A stretch of DNA of 64,000 nt from an uncultured virus (IMG/VR IMGVR_UViG_3300027852_000004) (taxonomy: Duplodnaviria; Heunggongvirae; Uroviricota; Caudoviricetes), in the IMG/VR virus record IMGVR_UViG_3300027852_000004. The stretch is one strand, 5' to 3'. The position numbers and the translations under genes are program-made. The notes beneath the pieces were generated by a model that had not been told where the DNA came from, searched no databases, and worked only from the letters and a program-made list of their open reading frames with translations. Positions 18,096 through 29,800 of this stretch are shown here, piece after piece; position 1 is the stretch's first letter; every line of letters starts with the position of its first letter.

Positions 18096-18467
18096 ATGAC
18101 AGCCATCACCTCCGCAGAAGTACTAGCACTCATGAACATCGATCCTGACGTGGCCGATGCTGCACCCGCTATTGCTGCTGCGGAGCTTGTCATTACCGAA
18201 AACTTAACTACCCAAGACTTTACTGATGCACGCCTACTTCAAATTGAATTATGGCTGGCAGCACACTTCTTTGAAATATCCTGGAATCAGGGTGGACTTG
18301 TATCTAAACAGGTGGGGGACTCCAAGGAAGAATACAATCGGCAATCGGCTGAAAATTTAGGTTTTAATAGCACACGATACGGCGCTCAAGCTGTTGCCTT
18401 TGATACATCAGGCACACTTGCATCTATCGGTTCAGCTGCGCAGAGAGCGGAGTTCAGGGTAGTATGA
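18096..18467 (+). CDS. Head-tail adaptor
   Basis: LWLAAHF...STRYG motif; position. Confidence 0.8.
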   Translation: MTAITSAEVLALMNIDPDVADAAPAIAAAELVITENLTTQDFTDARLLQIELWLAAHFFEISWNQGGLVSKQVGDSKEEYNRQSAENLGFNSTRYGAQAVAFDTSGTLASIGSAAQRAEFRVV

Positions 18468-18790
18468 TTGGTAAGAATTATCCCCAAGAAGCAACGTACT
18501 GGTCCAATCCCGTCAATGACGGTTTTGGGGGTACTACGTATGACACCCCGGAGATCATCAAAGTTCGCTGGGAAGAGCGTCAGGATGAGTTCTTGGATGA
18601 CCAAGGCGAGAAAAGAATTTCCCGTGCAGTGGTATTCGTGTCTCAGGAATTGGAATTAGGTGCCTTTCTAATGTTAGGTGACCACTCAGATGCAGTACCT
18701 GTGACACTTGATGATGCATGGCGCATTAAGAAGCTGATCACTATTCCTGATATTCGAAATGCAATGAATGAACGGAGGGCGTTACTCTAA
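18464..18790 (+). CDS. Head closure protein
   Basis: Synteny; DGFG...P..I.VRWE pattern. Confidence 0.7.
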   Translation: MIGKNYPQEATYWSNPVNDGFGGTTYDTPEIIKVRWEERQDEFLDDQGEKRISRAVVFVSQELELGAFLMLGDHSDAVPVTLDDAWRIKKLITIPDIRNAMNERRALL

Positions 18791-19248
18791 TGGCAGTTGC
18801 ACCTTTCAAGCCTGCAGTAGGTAAGAAGTGGATCTCTGGGACGGGTTCCGCTGAAGAGTTCTATACGCGCCAGACCCGTGATAGCATGGCTCATATCATT
18901 GCTCAGTTCAAACGTTGGATGAAGCATATGGACGAGCAATCTATTAATGTGCTTTATGATGCCCTAGAGCCCACGTTTGAATTGTCAAAAAGTATTGTTC
19001 CGGTGAAAACCAGAGCTCTACAAAATTCAGGCTACTTAGAGAAACGTAAATTCAGGGGAGGTGCTCAAGTCACGATGGGTTATGCAAAAGGTGGTATTCC
19101 AAACTATGCGGCCATAGTGCATGAACGTCTCGACTACTTCCACGCAAAGCCAGGCCAAGCTAAATACTTGGAGCATGCAATCTTGGCAGACTTCACTAAG
19201 ATTCAAGAACGTATTAAGGAAGGATTTAAGGTGGCTTCTAGTGCCTAG
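18790..19248 (+). CDS. Neck/tail completion protein (HK97 gp10-like)
   Basis: VPVKTRALQNS, YAAIVHE, QAKYLE. Confidence 0.75.
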   Translation: MAVAPFKPAVGKKWISGTGSAEEFYTRQTRDSMAHIIAQFKRWMKHMDEQSINVLYDALEPTFELSKSIVPVKTRALQNSGYLEKRKFRGGAQVTMGYAKGGIPNYAAIVHERLDYFHAKPGQAKYLEHAILADFTKIQERIKEGFKVASSA

Positions 19249-19678
19249 TCCGGCTACAGTCATAAAGGATCTTTTGGTATCTGCAGGCATCGGTACGTTT
19301 GCGGCGACTACAGGCTGGGCTATCTATGTCTCTCGTGAACCTGCGCAGGCTGATAATGTACCCCATTCCGTAATTACCTGTTATGACTCTGGCGGATTAA
19401 AACCTAACCCACAATGGCTCCTAGACGAGCCTACCGTTCAAGTGATGGTGCGGGGGAATCCTAACGGTTACGAAGCTGCATACACAAAGTGCCAGGATGT
19501 TAAAAATGCATTACTTGGGCTACCGAGTCAAACTATTGGAGCGGATCGTTGGGTATCCATTTCGATGCTATCGGATATCGCTATGCTAGGATACTCCGAA
19601 CAGAATCAACCTATGCTATCACTCAACTTCAAACTAATTATCGAGCCGGCTTCCGGTACAAACCGCACTAGTCTTTAG
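19241..19678 (+). CDS. Tail terminator
   Basis: PTVQVMVRG...Y motif; GTG start overlapping the previous gene. Confidence 0.75.
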   Translation: MPSPATVIKDLLVSAGIGTFAATTGWAIYVSREPAQADNVPHSVITCYDSGGLKPNPQWLLDEPTVQVMVRGNPNGYEAAYTKCQDVKNALLGLPSQTIGADRWVSISMLSDIAMLGYSEQNQPMLSLNFKLIIEPASGTNRTSL

Positions 19679-19692
19679 GAAAGGACACTACT

Positions 19693-20739
19693 ATGGCTGT
19701 CACGGCAAAGCGCATTCGGCTATCCGATGATTCAGGTTCCAACTGGTATACCATGCCCGGCAATGCAGGGGCTATCAACAACGAAGCTGGTCAACTTGAC
19801 GATACTGTTTTCGGTCAGAACTGGAGTTCCATTCAGTCAGCTCTGATCGGTTGGTCAGTATCTGCAAATGGTCTCTACAAGGGTTTCGCAGGTTATGTTG
19901 CCACCATCAAAGAGGCAGGTACAACAACTTCAATGACTGCCGAAGCCGCATCACTGGTCTCAGGTAAAACTTACCAAATCGATGATATCACTAAACGAGT
20001 GCTTGATATCGACACAGCAGTGGTTGTAGATGATTCTGCTGCACCAGTTTCGGCGGCTGATATTGAATCAATTGACTACCTGCACGGTAGGGTCACATTC
20101 GCATCGACTTACACACCTAGTGGTGCAGTTACATTCGATTGCAACTACTTCCCAATGGTTGCATTAGGTACGTCACGGTCATTCTCCTTAAATATGACTG
20201 CTGAGGCAATTGATGATACTGATATGCCTACGGCTCAGGCTAACTCAGGTCACCGCACCTTTACTCAAGGTTTGCGTACAGTTGCATTCGATCTAAGCGG
20301 TGTTTATGCATTGTCAAACGGTTATCGCGCATCACTTCTAGCACGCGACAAAGTGTTGATCGAAATTGTTCCTGATGGTAATAGTAAATCCATCGCACGC
20401 GGATGGTTTATGCCCACAACTCAAGGACAATCGGGTAACGTTGGAGCATTGGAAGAGGAGACAATCAACTATGCACTCTTCGTTCCAGATGTCGCTGATA
20501 TGGAACGCCCATTTGGTTGGCATCATGCATCTGATACCACACTCAGCCAGTCATTGCAAGTTATGCTGACAGCCTTTGAGGATGGATCCGAAATCGATGT
20601 ACAGTATCTTCCTGACGGCACTACTGGCGTTACGGGAGCCGGTATTATCACTGAAGCATCACTGTCGGGTGGTCTTGAAGCTATGAATGACTTCTCTATG
20701 TCATTCCAAGGTTCAGGCGCCATTGCTGCAGTACCATAG
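19693..20739 (+). CDS. Major tail tube protein
   Basis: Position before chaperone and tape measure; strong RBS; C-terminal FSMSFQGSG. Confidence 0.8.
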   Translation: MAVTAKRIRLSDDSGSNWYTMPGNAGAINNEAGQLDDTVFGQNWSSIQSALIGWSVSANGLYKGFAGYVATIKEAGTTTSMTAEAASLVSGKTYQIDDITKRVLDIDTAVVVDDSAAPVSAADIESIDYLHGRVTFASTYTPSGAVTFDCNYFPMVALGTSRSFSLNMTAEAIDDTDMPTAQANSGHRTFTQGLRTVAFDLSGVYALSNGYRASLLARDKVLIEIVPDGNSKSIARGWFMPTTQGQSGNVGALEEETINYALFVPDVADMERPFGWHHASDTTLSQSLQVMLTAFEDGSEIDVQYLPDGTTGVTGAGIITEASLSGGLEAMNDFSMSFQGSGAIAAVP

Positions 20740-20784
20740 GGTAACGCATGAGCGTTACTTAAACATGACATTGGAGGCACAAAA

Positions 20785-21165
20785 ATGTCAGATACTAAAA
20801 CTCAATCCCCAGAAGATGTTAGGCTTGCGTTACGCCAAGCAATTATTGATAGCTCTAAACCCCTATCCAGGGAAGTGGAGTTCTTTGGTCAGATCATTGA
20901 ATTGCGTCAACCCTCACTCGAAGTCATTCTCGGGGCTCAGGATGATGCTGACGATGATCGCAAGGCTGCTATCATACGCCTTATCATCTCCTACTCATAT
21001 ACACCTGGAACAGATGTTCGCATCTTTACGGAACACGACGCTGAGATTATCGGAAACATGCCTTTTGGTGCTGACATGGCTCGCATCAATGCTGCAATTG
21101 CCGAACTCACCGACGTGGATGTATTGGGTGCGGAAAAAAACTCCGAAGAGACCCAAGGCGACTGA
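20785..21165 (+). CDS. Tail assembly chaperone (gpG-like)
   Basis: Position; slippery A AAA AAC at 21135-21141. Confidence 0.8.
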   Translation: MSDTKTQSPEDVRLALRQAIIDSSKPLSREVEFFGQIIELRQPSLEVILGAQDDADDDRKAAIIRLIISYSYTPGTDVRIFTEHDAEIIGNMPFGADMARINAAIAELTDVDVLGAEKNSEETQGD

Positions 21166-21284
21166 ATGTGCTAATGTTAGCGCATGCTTTGGGTAAGTTC
21201 GAGCATGAAGTGATGGCCCTTCCACCTGGTGAGTTCGCAAGACATCTTGCATTCATCAAAATCGAGGGTCAGAAACAGAGGTAG
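21135..21284 (+). other. -1 frameshift site and gpGT-like extension
   Basis: -1 frame reads KLRRDPRRLNVLMLAHALGKFEHEVMALPPGEFARHLAFIKIEGQKQR* and stops just before the tape measure gene. Confidence 0.8.
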
Positions 21285-21292
21285 GGAAAGCG

Positions 21293-24200
21293 ATGGCACT
21301 GAAGCTTGGCGATGTCAATTTCGGTCTTGGCGTAGATGCTAAAGGCATGGAAAAAGGTCTGATGCAGATCGTCAACTTCGGTGCCAAAGTGGATGCTGCG
21401 GCTAAGAAGACTGCCAAAGGTTCTAAAGAAATTGCAGCAGCTTTATTGAAGCAGGAGCAGGCAGCTTTACGTGCAGTTCAAGCAACAGCCTCAATGAACC
21501 AACAATCCCGAAAAGCCAACCTGACTACTAGAGCCACGGAAAAGATCGTCAAGGATGCCACTGCCGCATACAATCAGAATGTTACAGCACTCACACGTGG
21601 TAAGTTATCTATGGTTGACTATTCACGTGTGCAGAGTAAGTTCACAGCCGATTTGGGGCGCACTAAACGTGAACTTCAAAAGCTGGCATCAAACATTAAA
21701 GATCCTACGGATAAGGTAGGTAATCTCAATACTAAAATTCGTAACCTCTCATCCGCATCAGTACTTGCTGTTGGCCCTTTGTCAGGTATCGGTGCCCGTA
21801 TATCTGCACTAGGTGCTATCGCTACACGTTCAAGTGTTGCATTTGCCGCGTTGGCGGCGGGGATCGCAGTGGGTGTGGTAGCTTCAGCCAAAATGAGTGT
21901 AGCTGCGGTCAGGGTGGCATTTGAACTTGACAAGGTTAACGCACGGCTGGTAGCCACATCCGATACTATGACTGAGGTTAATGCAGAATTCTTAAGCCTA
22001 CGAAGTTTAGCTGATAAGGCAGGTGTCTCATTTATTTCAGTCGCTAACTCGTTCACCAAAATTAAAGCTGCCGCCAATGGTACTGCTGCCGAAAGTACGA
22101 TGAGGCAAATGTTTGAAGACATTGTTATAGCATCAGCCAAATTCCGACTCGATGCAGCTGAGACCGAAGGTACACTCAAAGCTATCGAACAGATCATGTC
22201 GAAAGGTACAGTTCAAGCTGAAGAGCTTAGAGGCCAACTAGGTGACAGATTACCTGGCGCATTTACTATTGCTGCAAGAGCTATGAAGGTAAGTACTGCA
22301 GAACTTAATGCAATGCTTAAAGCTGGCTTAGTAATGTCTAACGACTTCCTACCCAAATTCGCGGCTGAGTTACGTAAAACTTTTGGTGCCGATAGTACTA
22401 TGCGAGTCAACTCTCTACAGGCCAGCCAAGCTCGCTTAACTGACTCCTTCATGTTCTTGAATATGGCTATGGATGAAGCATTCGGTATTTCTAGAACGTA
22501 TAAAGCCATAATTGAAGGCATTACAAGTGTAGTTAAGGCGGCTGAACAGAATATCGACGTATTCTACAACACACTCATCTTAACTGGTGCAGCAATGTTG
22601 GCAATAGCAGGTCCAGGTATTATCAAAGGGTTTAGACTCATGATAGGCCTGATCAAGTCTGCCACAATCGTAATGACGGGATTCAACGCTGCAGTGGCAG
22701 CTAATCCTTTAGGTGCACTAGCAACGATTGCCACACGAGTTGTTCTGGCACTGTTAGCTGCGGCCGGAGCCGTCGTACTCTTCAGTAGTTCTGCCAAGGC
22801 GAGCTCAAATGACGTTGATGAAGTGACATCCTCAGTAGATGACTATATTAGATCGTTGGATACTGTTGAGGAAACTATTGCAGAGCAGACCAGTAATAAG
22901 ATTGAGCAAGTAAGTAGATCTCTCAGAACTCAGGCTGAAGCCATTAGAGAAGCCTTACGTCTAAATGAGCAAATGCGAGCAGCTATCAATGCGTCAGGTA
23001 ATAAACTTGGAATAGAGATGGCTGAAGATGGCACTGGCTTCGGTGTTGCAGTTGATATGGGCCCACTACTTGCAGCGCAAACTAAACTAAAGGCTCAGTT
23101 GAAAGATCTCTTAGCCTTACTTGACAAGCAGACTGCAGCCCAGCGTGAAGCTGAGGAAGCAGAGAGGGCTGCCATGGAGGCTCGTATTGCTACGGGACGT
23201 GAAGAAATTGAAATGCTTGTACAGCGTACTGCAGCTCTTGAAGAGGGTGGACAGGCAGTTGAGTCACTGAATAGATCCTTCGACCGTACTAAGGCCATTG
23301 AGAAATATATTAAGGACTTTGGTGAGATTAACAATCTTACCCAAGCCTTAGCTACAGCCATGATAGAGGAATTTACTCAGGCTTATGACAATATGCAAAA
23401 AGTAATTGCAAATAATGCCATGAGTGATGCCTCAGATAAGATGGAGGACTTGTCTGCAAGAATTGCCGCAGCTAAGGAGGGTGCCGAAGCTTTAGCCGAA
23501 CTCGAGCGAGCCATGAGCAATAATGCAGCAGTTGAATCTTTCAGTCGATTCTTAAAGGATACTACCCTAACCACTGCAGAGGCCGCTATAGTTACTGCAG
23601 AATACCGTCGACATCTGGAACTGCTGGATGAAGTTCTTCGTAACAATGCATCATCTGAAGCTTTGAAAGCATTAGATGAACAGCTAAGCACCCTACAAGA
23701 ACGTCTGAATGCCTCACAAGGAGGTACTAAAGCCTTAAAAGAGTTCGAGGATGCTTTGGATATGAGTGAAACTATCCAATCTTTTAGTGCCGGACTTGAT
23801 AAAGTTTCAGATATAACTGACGAGGGAAAGGCTGCTAGGTTATACGCATATGCTAAGGCATTAGAAGAATTCGGCGTTCAATTAAAACGCAATGCTCAAT
23901 CTGAAGCTGCAGTAAAGATTGCTGATCAAGTACAGGAACTTACTGATCGATTAACTGCCGCGGGTGGGGGCGTAGAAGCACTGCAATCATTTGAGACAGC
24001 CCTAAACATCGAAGCGCAGATTGAATCATTCCGCCAAGGATTCATTGCCGCAGGAGATTCAGGTGATGTGCTAGTCAATAAGATTGCACTTGTCACTGAC
24101 ATGCTTTGGGAATTGAATTCAGTCCTAGCTCAAACACGAGTCGATGCAGCATTCTCTAAAGCCGCCGACAAAGTTGCAGCTGTTAATCGTGAGACGCAGG

Positions 24201-25249
24201 CCTTATTAGGTACTGCCAAAGAGTATGCAACTTTCCAGGCTCAAGAACGTACTCGTCAGGCACTTGCAACCCAAGCCGACAGTTTAAAGGGGGGAAATCC
24301 TCTAGACGTAATGAGTGCCAATATCAAACTAGCACTTGCAATGGAAAGAAAGCAAGCAGCTCTTGATGCCTTTAGGGAACGTAACCGGAAGTCTCGGAAG
24401 AGTAGTGGGGGAGGTGACGGTGGTGATGATGCCCTGGAAGCCGCTGAAGGCCTGTTCAGGCTAAATCAGGAATTGGCACGCTCAGAAGAACTCCTGGAAG
24501 CCATGAAAGATGGTCCCGCAACTGTCGCATTACTCAACGAGGAATTTGCACGAGAAGACGCTATTGCAAACTTCAGAGATCGTTTAATTGAGACTGAGGT
24601 CCCCCTTGATGTAGTCAATGAAAAGCTGGCACAATTCATAGCCACACATGATGGACTTAAAGCTGCAAAACAACAAGTTGAAGACCTGAAAAATATTTGG
24701 GACACTGTCACATCCTCAATGGAGGAGGCATTTATGTCCATAATTGATGGTACTAAAACCGTATCGGAAGCATTCAAAGAGATGGCACTGCAGATCATCC
24801 GTGAACTATATCGCGTCCTAGTCGTCCAAAAGTTAGTTAACTCCATTGTTGGGGCAATTAGTGGAGGTGCTGCAGGTACGCCTACAGGCAATAACGTCAA
24901 TGTTAAGAAGAGTGCCAAAGGTAATATCTTCTCATCTCAAGGTGTGATAAACGCACCAACTGCATTCCAATATGGCAATGGTAAGCTAGGTACAATGGCT
25001 GAGAATAAGCCTGAAGGAGTACTTCCCTTATCACGTGGACCGGATGGTAAACTAGGTGTGATCGTTAACGGCGGGAGCTCAGGCGGTGGTGGAGATCACT
25101 TCAAAATCGATCAACACTTCCAAATCCAAGCAACAGGTGAAACTGAATTCGATCAGATGCTTACTAAGAGAATGCCTGCGATTATGAATATGGCAATGGT
25201 TAACTTAATCGACAAAAACAAACGTGGCCAAATAAAGCTGCACAACTAG
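21293..25249 (+). CDS. Tape measure protein
   Basis: 1318 aa, helical and Ala-rich; QIMSKGTVQAEELRGQLGDRLPGA motif. Confidence 0.93.
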   Translation: MALKLGDVNFGLGVDAKGMEKGLMQIVNFGAKVDAAAKKTAKGSKEIAAALLKQEQAALRAVQATASMNQQSRKANLTTRATEKIVKDATAAYNQNVTALTRGKLSMVDYSRVQSKFTADLGRTKRELQKLASNIKDPTDKVGNLNTKIRNLSSASVLAVGPLSGIGARISALGAIATRSSVAFAALAAGIAVGVVASAKMSVAAVRVAFELDKVNARLVATSDTMTEVNAEFLSLRSLADKAGVSFISVANSFTKIKAAANGTAAESTMRQMFEDIVIASAKFRLDAAETEGTLKAIEQIMSKGTVQAEELRGQLGDRLPGAFTIAARAMKVSTAELNAMLKAGLVMSNDFLPKFAAELRKTFGADSTMRVNSLQASQARLTDSFMFLNMAMDEAFGISRTYKAIIEGITSVVKAAEQNIDVFYNTLILTGAAMLAIAGPGIIKGFRLMIGLIKSATIVMTGFNAAVAANPLGALATIATRVVLALLAAAGAVVLFSSSAKASSNDVDEVTSSVDDYIRSLDTVEETIAEQTSNKIEQVSRSLRTQAEAIREALRLNEQMRAAINASGNKLGIEMAEDGTGFGVAVDMGPLLAAQTKLKAQLKDLLALLDKQTAAQREAEEAERAAMEARIATGREEIEMLVQRTAALEEGGQAVESLNRSFDRTKAIEKYIKDFGEINNLTQALATAMIEEFTQAYDNMQKVIANNAMSDASDKMEDLSARIAAAKEGAEALAELERAMSNNAAVESFSRFLKDTTLTTAEAAIVTAEYRRHLELLDEVLRNNASSEALKALDEQLSTLQERLNASQGGTKALKEFEDALDMSETIQSFSAGLDKVSDITDEGKAARLYAYAKALEEFGVQLKRNAQSEAAVKIADQVQELTDRLTAAGGGVEALQSFETALNIEAQIESFRQGFIAAGDSGDVLVNKIALVTDMLWELNSVLAQTRVDAAFSKAADKVAAVNRETQALLGTAKEYATFQAQERTRQALATQADSLKGGNPLDVMSANIKLALAMERKQAALDAFRERNRKSRKSSGGGDGGDDALEAAEGLFRLNQELARSEELLEAMKDGPATVALLNEEFAREDAIANFRDRLIETEVPLDVVNEKLAQFIATHDGLKAAKQQVEDLKNIWDTVTSSMEEAFMSIIDGTKTVSEAFKEMALQIIRELYRVLVVQKLVNSIVGAISGGAAGTPTGNNVNVKKSAKGNIFSSQGVINAPTAFQYGNGKLGTMAENKPEGVLPLSRGPDGKLGVIVNGGSSGGGGDHFKIDQHFQIQATGETEFDQMLTKRMPAIMNMAMVNLIDKNKRGQIKLHN

Positions 25250-25258
25250 GAACTTGAA

Positions 25259-25891
25259 ATGGCAATATCATACCCTTTAAGTGTCCCAAGCGTAAAGGGG
25301 CCTAGCTCTATCCGTATCTCTGCACGTAATGTGGTAGGTGTCTCTGAATCACCCTTCACATTACAACAGCAAGCAGTTGTGCACTCCGGCCAACGCTGGG
25401 AAATCACTGTTGATCTTCCCCCAATGAAACCTGATAAGGCTGAGCTTTGGGTCACATTTCTTCTATCCCTTAAAGGTAGACAGGGTACTTTCTTGATGGG
25501 AGATCCGTTAAGGACGTCTACCCGAGGATCGGCTACTACTACTCCTGGTTCCCCGCTAAGCGCCGGCGTGGACCAGCTAGGGGAATCAATCAACATTGAT
25601 GGCTGCCCTATCAATACAATTGGCTACTTACTTCAAGGTGATTATGTTCAATTTAACACTGGCTCTAGCACCACGCTGCATAAGGTATTAACTGATGTGA
25701 ATACTGATGGTAGCGGTCAGGCGACATTGGAGTTGTGGCCAGACATACGTAATGCACTTACTGATAACTCCGTGATGTCAGTGACTAATACAGTAGGATT
25801 GTTCAGGCTGACTTCTAACGTTGCCGGATGGTCAATAAATTTACCTGATATCTACGGTATTCATTTTGAGGGTGTGGAGGTGATAATCTAA
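25259..25891 (+). CDS. Distal tail protein
   Basis: Follows tape measure; ESPFTLQQQ...GQRWE motif. Confidence 0.75.
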   Translation: MAISYPLSVPSVKGPSSIRISARNVVGVSESPFTLQQQAVVHSGQRWEITVDLPPMKPDKAELWVTFLLSLKGRQGTFLMGDPLRTSTRGSATTTPGSPLSAGVDQLGESINIDGCPINTIGYLLQGDYVQFNTGSSTTLHKVLTDVNTDGSGQATLELWPDIRNALTDNSVMSVTNTVGLFRLTSNVAGWSINLPDIYGIHFEGVEVII

Positions 25892-26430
25892 TGGCCCGAT
25901 CACTACATGCAAACCTTGTAGCTACCTTATCTGCAGATGAGATCAACCCCTTCTATGCACTTAAGCTGGAATTTGATTCTGGGGATCTTTACTTGTGGAC
26001 AGGTAATGGTAATCGTGTGATTGAAGGTAATACCTATATTGGGGCTGAGGATTTCCTAACTATTCCTCAGATGGAGGAAACTTTAGAAACTGCCGCTACA
26101 GGACTTGCAATTCAGTTGGCAGGTGTACCTTCCACATTGATATCCGTTGCTTTAGATGAACGTTACCAGAACCGTAAGGCCACTCTGTACTACGGGGATA
26201 AAAGTGTATCGGAAGTCTCTATCATCTATGAAGGCCTTATGGATCAAATGCCAATTGATGAAGGTCCTGAAACAAGTACAGTGTCGTTATCGGTTGAACA
26301 TGAACTTGCAATGTTGGAGAGGATTGCTGTACGTAGATATACGTCAGCCTCACAAAAAGTACGTTACCCTAATGATCTAGGCTTTGAATATATAAACTCC
26401 CTGACTGAAATTTATTGGACTGTGAAGTGA
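25891..26430 (+). CDS. Tail hub/minor tail protein
   Basis: LWTG.G......Y.G and RYT...Q..RYPND.GFEY motifs. Confidence 0.75.
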   Translation: MARSLHANLVATLSADEINPFYALKLEFDSGDLYLWTGNGNRVIEGNTYIGAEDFLTIPQMEETLETAATGLAIQLAGVPSTLISVALDERYQNRKATLYYGDKSVSEVSIIYEGLMDQMPIDEGPETSTVSLSVEHELAMLERIAVRRYTSASQKVRYPNDLGFEYINSLTEIYWTVK

Positions 26431-26846
26431 TGCGTTATCAAGCCCTAAATACATACATTCTTAATTTAGCTGAGGTTCCCTTTACTTGGGGTCATCACGA
26501 TTGCTACACCTTCACTAATGGTGCATGTGAAGCCTTTATAGGTAAGGGCCTAACTTCCGAAAATTTCACTTATGATACGCCTACAGAGGGTCTACGCCTC
26601 CTGGCAGAGTGGCTGAGATCACACCACTACACATCATTCATTGAAGCTCTTGATGATAGATTTACACGTCTGAATCTAAATTCTGCGCCTCGCGGATCCT
26701 TAATTGCACGTAAAGATGATACACCCTTTTATGGGGGTTATGCGTTAGGCATCTCTATAGGACCGAGTATTGTTTTTGCTCATCCCGATGTGGGGGTCAA
26801 TTTCGACCTTTACAATAAGGATGATTTGGTATGGGAGCTTAAATAA
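26430..26846 (+). CDS. NlpC/P60-like tail-tip assembly protein
   Basis: PFTWGHHDC motif; position. Confidence 0.7.
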   Translation: MRYQALNTYILNLAEVPFTWGHHDCYTFTNGACEAFIGKGLTSENFTYDTPTEGLRLLAEWLRSHHYTSFIEALDDRFTRLNLNSAPRGSLIARKDDTPFYGGYALGISIGPSIVFAHPDVGVNFDLYNKDDLVWELK

Positions 26847-29800
26847 TGCCTCCAGTCTTTACAGCAGCGCTAGGTGCGGCAGTATCTACAGGTGTTGCAG
26901 TTGCAACAGGTGCTACACTTATAGGCGGTTACTGGCTTACGCATTTTCTAGTAACTACGGCCTTAGGCGCCCTTCTGAATGTCTTAACTGCAGGTGATGA
27001 ACCTAATATTCCTGTAGCCGATAACTCTCTAGGGTATGATATCAATGCAATTAGTACTATTGCCCCACACGCCATAATCTACGGTAAACGTAGGGTTGGT
27101 GGGGTACGTATCTATGATGAAACTACAAATAATGAAACTGTATTGCACCGTATTATTGCCTTGGCTGGGCACGAGGTTGACGAAATTGTTGAAATCTATG
27201 CCAATGATGAACTTCTAACTTTAGATGGCTCCGGAAACGTAACTGCACCTGAACAGTTTGTAGGCCAGCTAAGAATTATTAAGCACTTAGGCTCACCTAC
27301 CCAATTAGCCGACCCCACATTAGCTGCCGCTAGTGCTGGACTATGGACATCAAATCATAAGCTATCAGGGATCGCTTATCTCTATATCCAGATGCAGGGT
27401 GATAGGGAAGCGTTTCCAACTGGGGCGCCCACCTTCACGGCATTAGTTAAAGGTAAAAAAGTATATGATCCTCGCACCGGCTTAACTGTATGGTCAGATA
27501 ATTCGGCTTTATGTGTCGCTGACTACTTAATGGAGGGTTATGGCTTAAACGTTGCGAAGGCTAAAATTGACTGGGCTTACTTTACTACAGCTGCCAATAT
27601 AAGTGATGAGTCTGTAGCGCTTGCAGCCGGGGGTACAGAAAAACGTTACACTATGAATGGCACTTTCCTAACTTCGATGACACGGGGTCAGGCATTACAA
27701 AACATGCTCACATCCTGCGCTGGAAGCATTTTCTATGGTCAGGGACTTTGGAAGATCTTTGCAGGCGCATATATCACACCTGTTGAAACATTCACTAAAG
27801 GTGACTTTAGATCTAATGTGCGAATCTCACCTACACACTCTATAAATGACAACTTCAACTCTGTTGGAGGTACATTTATAAGTGCTGAGACTGACTGGCA
27901 GCCCTCTGACTTTCCCTCAATCGAAAGTGCTACATTCCTAGATGAAGATAATGGTGTGCCTGCTATGGCAGACCTTAACCTACCATTTACCAGCACGAGT
28001 ACTATGGCTCAACGAATTGCCAAAATTCTATTGTACCGTAATCGTGAGCAAATCACAATGTCTGTACGCTTAAGTATGCGTGGGTTTGCAATTCAGGTAG
28101 GCGACGTTATCATGATTGATGATGAGGCTAAGGGTTGGTCAAGTAAAACGTTTGAAGTCGTTAAGTGGGGTTTCGGTTACGAAGATCTTACTCCATATAC
28201 CGAGGTAACTTTACGGGAAATTAGTGCTGAGGTATTTGATTGGGATGCGGATGAAACAGTCTTCACCAGCAACAATACTAACCTGCCATCTGCATTCTCA
28301 TCACCAACTGTGGGCGTCTCGGCACAAGCTTCAACTAGAGTTACGCCCGAGAAGATTTCCAGCATCATTGCAATTACCGTAACATCTACTTTACCTGATC
28401 AAATTGATTCCGTGGAGATTCAATATAAACTGTCATCCGAAATCGAATATACCAATGCAGGTAGTGGAGTACTGGGCACTTACGAAATTGTGGATCTGGA
28501 AGATGCCAGCTATGACGTACGAGCACGAGGTATAAGTGCTTTCGGTCAACGAGGGGGTTGGGCTGTAGTTGCAGGTATTTCTCCAAGTTCTTTAGGTACC
28601 TCACCTTCGGACATCTTGAATTTTACCGCCCAGCTAAACGGTACTACTGTATCTCTAGCCTGGGATGCTACTGCAGACTTAACATTATCCTATTACAGAA
28701 TTCGACATTCATCAGAAGAGACTGCAGCTACATGGGCCAATGCCGTAACTTTAATTGATAAGGTTGCACGTCCTGCAACTTCTATTGCTGTACCCGCACT
28801 TCCAGGTACCTATCATATTCGTGCTTACGATAAGCAGGGAACACCTTCCGAAAACTACACCTCAATTATAGTGCCCGAAACCTACCTAGAGGACTACACT
28901 ACAACTACTACTCAGGTAGATGATCCAACGTTCTCAGGTTCCAAGACTGATTGCTCCGTCACCGCTAATGAACTTCGAATAGATGACCCTAGCGAGGCTT
29001 GGGGACTTCTTACGTATTCAGAAGCTTTTACTTTAGGTGATTGGGTATCTCTAAATGTAACGATAACTTCTGATGACATTAATGATCCTTTAGGAAATCT
29101 GACCGCTGATAAATGTGTAGGATCAGGTACTGGAACTAGTCCCCACTACATTCAAGAGGCCTCTGTCACGGTTGTTCAAGATGAGTGGTATAATTTTAGT
29201 GTATACGTTAAGCCTGATGAATTATTTCAGGCACGCTTAATGGCTTTCCATGGTGCAGCCGTATTCGATAGTGCAGGTTTTGATCTCACTTCTGATGAGG
29301 GTTCTGTTCTCTTCGCAGAGAGTGAGGGTGTTGATAGTGCACTTATAACTGATGAAGGTGATGGTTGGTTCAGGATGTCAATTGACGTCAAGAATACCGT
29401 AGATACCACTACTGAGCTACGTATCTATATGATGAGTTCCGAGTTCTGGCAATACGACGCCTCAATTATAACTGGGGGCCTACACTTCTGGGGAGCACAA
29501 ATGACTCTCGGTAAAGGTAGGAAAACTTATCGTCAGGCTGGGGCTAATACTCTAAATAATGTGGCAACATATGAACTGAACACCTACATCGATACTACAG
29601 CAGTGCGAAGAGTTCGTGCTCGTATGGATATTGAAGTTAACCGTTTCGATGCGAGTTCAGGTTTATTCGACGATCTTGTAGGTAATATCGACTCTTTGCC
29701 AGGTTTGTGGGATGGTCTAACAAGTACCCCCCAATTCTCCGACATTAATATTAAATCCTATATTGCCACCACTGATGATGATCCCTCAGGGTCTCCCGTA

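Noticed and set aside
11980..24918. Many antisense ORFs of 60-170 aa in the structural arm
   Set aside because: Shadows of Ala/Ser/Thr-rich sense genes with no recognisable motifs
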